DNA of 64,000 nucleotides from an uncultured Actinomycetota bacterium (GTDB lineage: Bacteria; Actinomycetota; Actinomycetes; Mycobacteriales; Mycobacteriaceae). Below, in pieces: positions 8,925 through 17,391 of the stretch (positions are counted from its first letter, which is position 1; every line of letters starts with the position of its first letter). The stretch covers positions 26,977-90,976 of the forward strand of contig CAVWQH010000001.1 in assembly GCA_963757215.1 (NCBI GenBank), given 5' to 3'. The position numbers were made by a program, and so were the translations under genes. A model generated the notes under the pieces. It searched no databases and was not told the DNA's origin. It saw only the letters and a list, made by a program, of their open reading frames with translations.

Positions 8925-10634
8925 CTAGAACATGCTGAGCACGGACTGCGGAACGAAGGACGCGAGGTCGGCACTGATCTGCGCCGAGATCTCGGCAAAA
9001 GCAGCGCTCAACGCGTCCGCTCCTGCGGTGCCGCCCAGGCCGGCGAGGATCGAGCTCAGGTCGGTCGAGAAGCTCGGGTCCAGCGCGCTGGGGTCGATAG
9101 CCGCACCCGGGGTGGCGGCCGCAGCTGCGACGGTCCCGCCGTCGAGCACGGCCTGCAGGGCCGCCGGATCGCCCGCGAAGGTGAAATCATTCAGCAGCAG
9201 CTGGAGGTCCGCCGACAATGTCGGGTCCACCGGGTTGCTGCCGGCCGCGTCCAACACCTTCAGGAAGTCTGCGCCTTCGAGCCAAGGGTTGTAACCGCCA
9301 TACTCGCCCACCAACGGTGTGGTGGTTGAGGGATCCGACACATAAGACAGGTAGTTGGGGTCGGTGATGATCCCGGCGTTGGTATACAGCTCCGGCAGTT
9401 CGGGGTTGATTCTGCCCAGCGCCGCGTCGACGTCCGCCAACTGCTCCGGGCTGAAATTGTAGGAGCCGGTCTGCAGCAGCGCGATGGAGTTGTTGATCTG
9501 ATCCACCGTCGGCTCGTTGACCAACTGTGGGTTTGTCGCGTAGTCCGTCACCCAGGTCGAGAGCACGGTGTTGCTCGGGTCCGCTTTCGAGATCGCCTCG
9601 ACCAGAGCCGGGATCTGGTATTGCGCTGGTATGTCGCATTCCGCCGGGCAGGCCGGGCTACCCGCGGTGTAGGGGTCGAAGTCGATGATGAAGCCGGCCA
9701 TCAAGTTCTCGAAGGTGTGCGAGACCCCGGCAGCCGTCAGGTCCTGAACTCCCGTCGCCGCCGTCGGATCCTGCGTCAAGCTGTCGTAGAGCGTCTGGAA
9801 CGGCTGCAGCAGGTTGAGCTGGAAGTTGACCCCGTCCCAGGGCATCGCGTTGTCCGCCCCGGTGGTGCCGCCCTCGAACGGGTTGCCGCTGCTGCCCCAC
9901 CCGAGCAGCTGGGCCCACTGGTCATTGACCGGGCCGCCGGGGTTGAGGATGCCGGTGTCGTAGCCGGGCTCGCCGGTCGTACCACCGGCGGGGTTGGCCT
10001 GGAAAAGATAGCCGTTGAACAGGTTCTGCAGCGGCACCTGGAAGAAGTTGGTGAACAGCCCGTTGGGGTCACCGTTCGCGTCCGTGGCGTGGCCCGTTAG
10101 GGCCGCGAGGAATCCGAGGTCGCGGTCATACCCCGTGTTGCCGGTGAGAACCTCCGGTGGGGTCATCGGGGCGCAAGAGATGGCGTCGCAGGACGAACTC
10201 ACCGGGAGTTCAGCCGCCAGTAGACCGGCAAACTCATAGTTCAGGCCGGGCTCGTAGACGCCCTGAGCGTTGGTGAATCCCTCGGTGAACGCCGAGAACG
10301 GAATGAAGTTGTCGATCAGTGCGATGTGGGTCGGGTCACCAGGGTCAATACCCCACAGGTTCGTCGAGCTGGGGACCCACCAGGTTCCGGTGAACAGGAA
10401 CGAGTTCGCGACTGTGGCCAGACCGCCGCCGTCGACCTCGTTGTAAGGAATGTTCAGGATGTCGTTGAACAGGTTCGTCGGAATATTGCCGAAGTCGCCG
10501 GCGTCGACCAATTTGGTCTCCATGCTGCGAACCGACAACGGGACCTGGTGCGCCAGAACGGGTGTGGCGATGACAGCACCGGTCGCGACCAGTGCCGCTG
10601 CGGCCAGGACATTCGGACGTGAAACAGCCACCAT
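8925..10634 (-). CDS. exported acidic protein, uncharacterised paralog family, copy C
   Basis: 569-aa ORF with the same motif set. The last 34 aa are nearly identical to copy B (GADALSAAFAEISAQI[ST]ADLASFVPQSVLSMF). Confidence 0.8.
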   Translation of the reverse strand: MVAVSRPNVLAAAALVATGAVIATPVLAHQVPLSVRSMETKLVDAGDFGNIPTNLFNDILNIPYNEVDGGGLATVANSFLFTGTWWVPSSTNLWGIDPGDPTHIALIDNFIPFSAFTEGFTNAQGVYEPGLNYEFAGLLAAELPVSSSCDAISCAPMTPPEVLTGNTGYDRDLGFLAALTGHATDANGDPNGLFTNFFQVPLQNLFNGYLFQANPAGGTTGEPGYDTGILNPGGPVNDQWAQLLGWGSSGNPFEGGTTGADNAMPWDGVNFQLNLLQPFQTLYDSLTQDPTAATGVQDLTAAGVSHTFENLMAGFIIDFDPYTAGSPACPAECDIPAQYQIPALVEAISKADPSNTVLSTWVTDYATNPQLVNEPTVDQINNSIALLQTGSYNFSPEQLADVDAALGRINPELPELYTNAGIITDPNYLSYVSDPSTTTPLVGEYGGYNPWLEGADFLKVLDAAGSNPVDPTLSADLQLLLNDFTFAGDPAALQAVLDGGTVAAAAATPGAAIDPSALDPSFSTDLSSILAGLGGTAGADALSAAFAEISAQISADLASFVPQSVLSMF

Positions 10635-10993
10635 GGCTCCCCCTTACACATGCTCGACTAGCTCAATCCGAACTGAACTTACACTAAGAATTTCTAAGTT
10701 GTTCCGAGATTCGTACAAATTCGTTCGCGATATTCGGTGACCCCGATCACATTTATTAGTCGGGTGTTTAATAAGGGCGTTCGAGTCCAATAGATTGGAC
10801 AAAATGGCTAAAGCCGTAAATCATTGTTATTGCGGGTAAGTTAGACGGACGTCCCAATTCTGCGGCGTTGCCTCGTGTCGCCCAAACAGCGAAACCCATT
10901 GCCGCTCAACTCATCAGCGTGACCTACACCGGGCCGCTCGGACGCCGCCGGCCGGGTCGTCGATCGGCGAATTGCGATGGCCGGTTCGACGCT

Positions 10994-12706
10994 TTAGAAC
11001 GCGGTCAGAGCTGTCGCCGCCAAATCAGGCACCCACGCCGCCGTCAGCTCTTCCAGCAGGTTGGCGAACTCCGCCGACATTGCGGCGGGATCGAAACCGC
11101 CAAATAATGCGTCGAGGTCGAGCGAGCCTGGGTCGAATTCACCAAACAATGCACTCACGTCGAACGACGACGGGTCGAATCCGCCTAATAGCGCAGTCAG
11201 CTCGAACGACGACGCGTCGAAGCCGAAAACCTCGGTCAGATCCGTCGTCAACTCGGCGGGGTCGAATCCGCCCACCAGATCTACGGCGGTGGACGCACCG
11301 GGCTCCGCCGCCGTCGACGACAGCGGGAAGAACAAGGTTTCCAGCGTGTTGATGTTGAGCAGCTGTTCGTAGTTCGTCTCGTAATTGCCCAGCGCCAGCA
11401 GGTCGTTCCAGACCAGCGCCGGGTTGTAGCCGCCGTATAGACCTTCGAGGGGCTCCGCGGGGTCCAGCCCGCCGTTGTCCGGCAAGAGGAACTGCAGGTA
11501 TTCGGGGTCGGTCACGATGCCGGCGTTGGTGAACAGCGCGGGCAATCCCTCGTTGATGCCGGCCAGTGCGTCGTTGTAGTTGGCCAGCTGTTCCGGCGTC
11601 AGGTTGTACATGCCGGTCTGGAGCAGCGCGACCGCGTAGTTGATCTGCTCCTGTGTCGCGTTGTTGTTCGGGTACAGCGCGTCCTCGGCGAAACCGGCCA
11701 GCCAGGCCTGGATCATTGGGTTGGAGTCGTCGGGGTCCAACGCATCCACCAATTCGTAGGTGGACCAACCCTCGGGAAGTTCGCACACCCCCGGGCAGGC
11801 CGGGCTGCCGGGCGTATAGGGGTTGAACGCCACGATCAGCGACGCGGCGATGGATTGCAGCGATTGACCGAATTCGCCCAGGGTCGGAATGTTGATGTCG
11901 GTCCCGGGGAGATCGCCGTCGGTTCCCGGGTCTTGCAACAGGGACTCCCAGTAATTCTGGAACGGCTGGAAAAGGTTCAGCACAAAGGTGTGGCCGTTCC
12001 ACGGCATCGCGTCGTCGTCGCCGATCGTGGCGCCGAGGAAGGGATTGTCGCTGCCGAAGAAACCGAATGCGGGGTCGTTGGTGGCTGGACCGCTGGGGTT
12101 GTAGGCGTCGTCGAAGGTGTAGCCGTTGATCAGGTTCTGGAGCGGCACCTGAAACCAGTTCTGGAAGAGCCCGAAGTTCTCCCCGTTGCCCTGGGCCGTC
12201 AACGCGTTGATGTAACCGATGAGCCGGTCCCACTGGGTGCTGCCGGTGATGACGTCCGCCGGCGTCATCGGGTAGCAGGTCTCGGCGTCACAGGAGCCGT
12301 CGACCGGGAGTTGCGCGGCCAGGAAGCCGGCGAGCTGGTATTGCAAACCGCCGATGCCCTGATTGAAATCCGGAAAGGGCGCGAACAAGTTGGTCAGCAG
12401 GGCGACCTTGGTGGGGTCGCCGGTATCGATGCCCCACAGGTTCGTCGAGCTGGGCACCCACCAGTTGCCCCCGAGGAAGTTGGACCCGGCCAGCGAGTTG
12501 AGCGCTTGCACCTCGTTGTACGGAATGTTCGCAAAATCGGTGAGCAGGTTCATCGGGATGTTGAACAGCGACTCATCCACCAACCGGGTTTCCATGCTGA
12601 GCGTCGGCAGATGAATTGCCCTGTGCGCCATCGGCGTAACAGTGACAAGGCTCGTCGCCGCCAGCACCGCACCGGCGATGGCATATGGACGCGCAGCAAT
12701 CAGCAT
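10994..12706 (-). CDS. exported acidic protein, uncharacterised paralog family, copy D
   Basis: 570-aa ORF with the same motif set (SCDAETCYPMTP, GSPACPGVCELP). The C-terminus is built from 14-aa FDP repeats and ends in ...ALTAF. Confidence 0.8.
   Translation of the reverse strand: MLIAARPYAIAGAVLAATSLVTVTPMAHRAIHLPTLSMETRLVDESLFNIPMNLLTDFANIPYNEVQALNSLAGSNFLGGNWWVPSSTNLWGIDTGDPTKVALLTNLFAPFPDFNQGIGGLQYQLAGFLAAQLPVDGSCDAETCYPMTPADVITGSTQWDRLIGYINALTAQGNGENFGLFQNWFQVPLQNLINGYTFDDAYNPSGPATNDPAFGFFGSDNPFLGATIGDDDAMPWNGHTFVLNLFQPFQNYWESLLQDPGTDGDLPGTDINIPTLGEFGQSLQSIAASLIVAFNPYTPGSPACPGVCELPEGWSTYELVDALDPDDSNPMIQAWLAGFAEDALYPNNNATQEQINYAVALLQTGMYNLTPEQLANYNDALAGINEGLPALFTNAGIVTDPEYLQFLLPDNGGLDPAEPLEGLYGGYNPALVWNDLLALGNYETNYEQLLNINTLETLFFPLSSTAAEPGASTAVDLVGGFDPAELTTDLTEVFGFDASSFELTALLGGFDPSSFDVSALFGEFDPGSLDLDALFGGFDPAAMSAEFANLLEELTAAWVPDLAATALTAF
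11088..11300 (-). repeat. in-frame 42-nt (14-aa) tandem repeat, about 5 units, in the 3' part of paralog copy D
   Basis: Units start at about 11088, 11130, 11172, 11214 and 11257 (gggtcgaa.c.cc.aa.a..gc on the plus strand). They encode GGFDPxx[FL]xxxALF-type units. Confidence 0.6.
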
Positions 12707-12894
12707 GGCGCACTTCCCCTTTGATCGAGACAGCTGAATGGCACCTGAAGCTAAACTCAGAAAGCCTCAGCTGTCGCCATCGAAAGGGCGCTTCTTTACA
12801 ACCTCATATCAATCTGGCCAAACTCATATTCAAAAGGCGGGTCAAATGGGAACGCCGCATTCGCCTTTTATGTGGTGACGTGATAACGGGCGGA

Positions 12895-14418
12895 TCAGAA
12901 CAAATTCGCCGCAATACTCGTCAGATCCGGCGCCAGGTTTGCTCCGAATAGCGCGGCCAGGTCCGCCGATAATGCGCTGGGATCAAGCGCGCTGACGTCG
13001 AACATCTGACTGACGTCGGCCGTCGCCGCGCTGCCTCCGAAGATCTGCAAGAGGTCGGGCACGATCAACTGGGGATCCAATCCGCCGAACTCTGCCAACG
13101 GAGGGTCCGCCACCACCCCGGGCGACACAGCAAGATAGCCGGGATCGGTCAACAAGCCGGCATTGATGGCGAGATTCGGCAGCGTGGGATTGATCTCGGC
13201 GAGTGAGTCGATGATGCTGGTTTCCTGGTCCGGGGTGAACGTGAACAAACCGGTGTCCAGCAAACCCACGGTGTAATCGATGTCCGTCTGGGTCGGGATG
13301 TTCGCATATCCGCCGGCGACGGCGGCCAGCCACTCGTTGATGATGGGATTGCCGCCCGGCGTCAACGAATTGATGTCTTGCACGATCGGGAGGGTGACAC
13401 CGAGCGGGCCTTCCGAGCCGAAAGCCTGGCAGTCCCCGGGGCAAACCGGGCTTCCCGGCTCGAACGGGTTGAAGGTCACAACAAACGCCGCGGCATCGGC
13501 TTGCAGTGCCGAGAAGAAGTCGTTGAACGTCAAGGACTCGATGCCGGTACCGAACAGACCGCCGGTCGACGGTGTCTCCAGCAAACTGTTGTAAAAGTTC
13601 TGGAAGGGCTGCAGAAGATCGAACGTGTAGGTGTGACCGGCCCACGGCACTTCGGTGGCATTCGGGTCGAACAATCCCGTCGCCGGATCGTACGCCGGTG
13701 CTCCGGTCGCCGGATCGACGGTGCCGCCGAGGAAGAAGTTTGGGTTGCCGTTCTCGAAGCCGAAGCCGGAGTACACCGGTCCGGCAGGGTCGACGCTGCC
13801 GTCAGCGGCGGGATCGAAGGTGTACCCGGACAACAGACTGTCCGGACCGGTGACGGGAACGGCGAAGAAGTGTCGAAACAGCCCGAAATCAGGGTCGACC
13901 AGCGCCTTGGCGAAGCCGATGTCGCGGTCGATCCCCGTGATCCCGGTGATGACGTCCGGCGGGACGATCGGATAGCACGTCGTCACGGCGCACGAAGCGC
14001 TGATCGGCAACTCCGACGCCAAGAGACCGGTGAGTTGGTAGTCCAGGCCGCCGAGACCGCCGTCGAACGCTGGGAACGGCGCGATCAACGAGTCGATCGC
14101 CGCCACGTGCCCCGGGTCCCCGGGGTCGACCCCGAAGATGTTGGCGGCGGAAACGACAAAGATGTTGTCGTTGAAGAACAGCGAGTCAGCGGCGGTATCG
14201 AGGCCCTGAACCTCATTGGCCGGGATGTTGACGATGTCGTAGAACAGGTTCACCGGGATGTTGAGCACTGAGCCGTCGGCGTCGACGAGGCTGGTCTCGG
14301 CGCTTACCGCGGGAACCTGCGCGGCCCGCGGCGGGATGTGGGCGACTGCGACAGCGGCAGCACCTGCCGCGGCGAGCATCGCGCCTGTCAAGGCAAGTGA
14401 GCGTGACGTGGTCTGCAT
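12895..14418 (-). CDS. exported acidic protein, uncharacterised paralog family, copy E (most divergent)
   Basis: 507-aa ORF that retains NIPANE, DPGDPGH, SASCAVTTCYPIVPP, VPWAGH..TFDLLQPFQNFYNSL, GSPVCPGDCQ and INPTLPNLAINAGLLTDPGYL. It ends in ...AANLF. Confidence 0.75.
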   Translation of the reverse strand: MQTTSRSLALTGAMLAAAGAAAVAVAHIPPRAAQVPAVSAETSLVDADGSVLNIPVNLFYDIVNIPANEVQGLDTAADSLFFNDNIFVVSAANIFGVDPGDPGHVAAIDSLIAPFPAFDGGLGGLDYQLTGLLASELPISASCAVTTCYPIVPPDVITGITGIDRDIGFAKALVDPDFGLFRHFFAVPVTGPDSLLSGYTFDPAADGSVDPAGPVYSGFGFENGNPNFFLGGTVDPATGAPAYDPATGLFDPNATEVPWAGHTYTFDLLQPFQNFYNSLLETPSTGGLFGTGIESLTFNDFFSALQADAAAFVVTFNPFEPGSPVCPGDCQAFGSEGPLGVTLPIVQDINSLTPGGNPIINEWLAAVAGGYANIPTQTDIDYTVGLLDTGLFTFTPDQETSIIDSLAEINPTLPNLAINAGLLTDPGYLAVSPGVVADPPLAEFGGLDPQLIVPDLLQIFGGSAATADVSQMFDVSALDPSALSADLAALFGANLAPDLTSIAANLF

Positions 14419-14580
14419 GACCGATCCCCGAATCTACGTAGGCCTCGCTCAGTCCTGGCGCGATCCTGAGGAGAAGCTGTATTGCACACGGCACAACCAC
14501 TGGAGAAATGCTGAGCGACGCTCACGACACATTCGGCGCGGAGGGCCCGTTGGACGGAGGGTGAGCCAAACTTGTTGGGG

Positions 14581-15309
14581 CTAATTGACCAACCAGGCGC
14601 GGTTGCCGTAGGTGTCGAGGTGCGCCACCTGTTCGACGGCCACCCGGGTCGTCGGCCCATAGCGCCCACGCGGCCATCCGAGCGCCACCACGCAGCACGG
14701 CGTCACCGAGCGCGGGAGGCCGAGAATTTTGCGGGCCCGGCTCACTCCCCACAGCGGCAAGGTGATCAGCGATGCGCCCAGGCCCATGCTGCGCGCCGCC
14801 AACAAGAGGTTCTGCACGCTCGGGTAGATCGACCCCCAATACCCCGACACGGCGGCATGAGGCATCAGTGAATAGGGTGCGCGGCCCTCGCGGACCGTCA
14901 GCCGCAGGCATGCCACCACCAAAACCGGGATCTCGGTGAAGTGGTCGACCTGCCACTGCGCGGCACGGATGACCTTGGCCAGCGACGGATCGTGGTCCCC
15001 GGCGCTGCTGAGCAGTCCGCCGTAGGAGAACTTCCAGCCCTTGCGGTAGCGTCCCGCGAGCTTCTTGATCACGCGCCGGTCCTTGACGACGATGAACTCC
15101 CAGTTCTGACCGTTGGCGCCGGTCGGTGCGCGCAGTGCCAACTCGATGCACTTCAGCACGACCGCGTCATCGACCGGCTCGGCGTACACGCGGCGCACCG
15201 CCCGCTGGGTCAGCATCGCGTCCTGCAGCGCCATGTTCAGCCCGGCCAGCGCGTCGGCGGTGGACGGCGCTACCCGGAATGCGTCGGCGTAGGGCGAATC
15301 GTCGGTCAT
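14581..15309 (-). CDS. nitroreductase-family flavoprotein
   Basis: Nitroreductase-like core (LRAPTGANGQNWEFIVV). I prefer ATG 15309 (MTDDSPY), which sits 1 nt after the stop of the upstream gene, over the longer listed ORF. Confidence 0.75.
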   Translation of the reverse strand: MTDDSPYADAFRVAPSTADALAGLNMALQDAMLTQRAVRRVYAEPVDDAVVLKCIELALRAPTGANGQNWEFIVVKDRRVIKKLAGRYRKGWKFSYGGLLSSAGDHDPSLAKVIRAAQWQVDHFTEIPVLVVACLRLTVREGRAPYSLMPHAAVSGYWGSIYPSVQNLLLAARSMGLGASLITLPLWGVSRARKILGLPRSVTPCCVVALGWPRGRYGPTTRVAVEQVAHLDTYGNRAWLVN

Positions 15310-15310
15310 G

Positions 15311-15811
15311 TCAGGCGTTTTCGGTGACCCAGCGCGCCGTGAAGTCCTGGACGGCCGGTATCCCGTTGGCGAATTCACGCGCGATAAAGCTCTCGACGGT
15401 CCCGCCGACCAGCGGAACCTTGAACTCCACCTGACCGTTCAGTGTCAGCCGCGACCCGTCCGCGGTCGGCGTGACGGAGGCATCGGCTGAGCCGGATCCC
15501 GGCGCTCCGGTGACCGCGACGGCAATCTCCCCACGCAGCCCATCGCCCGACGGCATCCAGGTCTCGGTGCTCTTGACCTTGATGTCGTGGCGGTAGAACT
15601 TGGAGACGATGCCGGGCAGCAGATCACGGCCGACATCCTGCGTGATGGTGACCCGCACGGTCCGGGCGTCGTCGACGACCAGTGATTCCAGCGTGGTTCC
15701 ACCGCTCATGGTCTCGAGCCGGGCCAGCCAGTACTCCTCGGCGCTGAACGCGGCGTGAACCTGGTCGACGGTGGCGGGCGAGGAGACCGAAACATCGAAC
15801 GGACGCGGCAT
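15311..15811 (-). CDS. DUF2505 / SRPBCC-like small protein
   Basis: 166-aa ORF whose length and sequence pattern (VDQVHAAF..EEYW..R) read like mycobacterial DUF2505 proteins. It is tightly packed in the operon. Confidence 0.6.
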   Translation of the reverse strand: MPRPFDVSVSSPATVDQVHAAFSAEEYWLARLETMSGGTTLESLVVDDARTVRVTITQDVGRDLLPGIVSKFYRHDIKVKSTETWMPSGDGLRGEIAVAVTGAPGSGSADASVTPTADGSRLTLNGQVEFKVPLVGGTVESFIAREFANGIPAVQDFTARWVTENA

Positions 15812-15818
15812 GTCGGTC

Positions 15819-16517
15819 CTAAACCGGTTCCTGGCCCGGCATTGCCGAGCTCTTGGCCAACAACCGGTCCGCCAGGCGGCCCGCGAATACGCGCGTCTGC
15901 TCCAGCTGTTCGGGTTGCACGTTGGTCGGCGGCAGCTTCACGCCCATCGACCGCTTCTTGTACTCCCCCGTGCCGAGATAGCTGGTCAGCGCCAGCATCG
16001 AGCGCAGGTTGTCGCCGGGATAGGTGAAGTGAATTTCGTCGACGTAGCGGCCGCCCTGTTCCTCGGCGAGCTCACGCACCCCTTCGAGGTTCGCCTGCCA
16101 GAACGTGCGGCAGACGACGAATACCGCAAATGGCTTGCCGGACAACAACTTATGCGCCTCGTCCGACTTGAGGAAGGAGCGCAGCGGCATGCTGACGTTG
16201 TCCCACCAGGTCGGCGATCCGATCAGGATCAGGTCGTAGTCGCCGTCGCGCACGGTGTCCGGGGTTTCGATCTCACCTGTCTCGTTGCGTTTCTGGGCGC
16301 CCAGCACGCTGAGCATGTCGGGCCATACCCGCTGCATCGGGAAGTGGGAAAACTTCTCGGAGTATTTCGGGTCGGTGAACGCGATCCGGGCTTCGCTCAC
16401 CTCGCACCCTCGATCGCGGAAGACCTCGGCCGCGGTGGTGAGCACCTTCTGCGCCTGCCCGGTGTACGAGTAGTACAGCAGCAGGACCCGGGGCGGGCGT
16501 GCGGTCGTATCCATCAT
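15819..16517 (-). CDS. flavodoxin-like fold NAD(P)H-dependent oxidoreductase
   Basis: RVLLLYYSYTGQ ... LILIGSPTWW flavodoxin-like motifs. The start is taken as ATG 16517 (MMDTTARPP) rather than the longer listed ORF. Confidence 0.65.
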   Translation of the reverse strand: MMDTTARPPRVLLLYYSYTGQAQKVLTTAAEVFRDRGCEVSEARIAFTDPKYSEKFSHFPMQRVWPDMLSVLGAQKRNETGEIETPDTVRDGDYDLILIGSPTWWDNVSMPLRSFLKSDEAHKLLSGKPFAVFVVCRTFWQANLEGVRELAEEQGGRYVDEIHFTYPGDNLRSMLALTSYLGTGEYKKRSMGVKLPPTNVQPEQLEQTRVFAGRLADRLLAKSSAMPGQEPV

Positions 16518-16560
16518 GGCTTCCTCCGTCTCCAAATGTCGCACATTAGGCTGTGGCGTC

Positions 16561-17391
16561 GTGACCGACAAAGTTTCCATCGACCTCAGCGGTCCGTCGC
16601 AGACGATGCTGACCACCTTGTACTGCAAGGCGCTCGACGCTGACTGGGACCGGCCGATACTGGGCGACAAGTACGCCAAGGCGGCGGTGGCCCGGATCGA
16701 CTACAACTGGGACGAACTCAAGGTCTCCGACCGCTGGACGCCGCTGGTGACGGTGCGGACCGCCCAGTTCGACGTGTGGACTCGCGAGTTTTTGGCCGCC
16801 CACCCGGATGCCACCGTCATCCACGTGGGCTGCGGCCTGGACAGCCGGGTGTTCCGGCTGGATCCCGGGCCGGGCGTCGAATGGTACGACGTCGACTTTC
16901 CCGCGGTGATCTCGTTGCGCGAGAAGGTCTTTCCGAGCCGGCCGAACTACCACCTGGTTGGCACTCCGGCGACCGATCCGTCGTGGCTGGATGCAATCCC
17001 GGCCGACCGTCCGACGTTGTTTCTGGCCGAAGGCATCAGCATGTACCTTGCCGAGGACGACGGCGTCGCTCTGCTGCAACACGTCATCGACCGGTTCAAG
17101 ACCGGCGAGATCAACATCGACTACTACAGCCGGCTCGTTGTGCGGTCGCAGAAAACGCATCGCCTGCAACGGCAGTCCGGTTCGACGCTGCACTGGGCGG
17201 TCAACAAACCGTCCGATGTTCTCGATCGCCTGTCCGGGGCCCGATTGGTCGACGGGGTGACGTTCTTCGACGCCAGCACATTCGGTCGCGCCTCGGCAGT
17301 CTTCCGGTTGATGCGGCAGTTGGTCCGGCCGCTGCCGCCGCTGCGCCGAACCTTCCAGTACCACCGCTACGCCTACGGCCCGGTCAGCTGA
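16561..17391 (+). CDS. class I SAM-dependent O-methyltransferase (TcmP / leucine carboxyl methyltransferase-like)
   Basis: [18 protein letters not shown]-binding motif and a typical N-terminus ([14 protein letters not shown]). The start is either GTG 16561 or ATG 16516. Confidence 0.8.
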   Translation: MTDKVSIDLSGPSQTMLTTLYCKALDADWDRPILGDKYAKAAVARIDYNWDELKVSDRWTPLVTVRTAQFDVWTREFLAAHPDATVIHVGCGLDSRVFRLDPGPGVEWYDVDFPAVISLREKVFPSRPNYHLVGTPATDPSWLDAIPADRPTLFLAEGISMYLAEDDGVALLQHVIDRFKTGEINIDYYSRLVVRSQKTHRLQRQSGSTLHWAVNKPSDVLDRLSGARLVDGVTFFDASTFGRASAVFRLMRQLVRPLPPLRRTFQYHRYAYGPVS

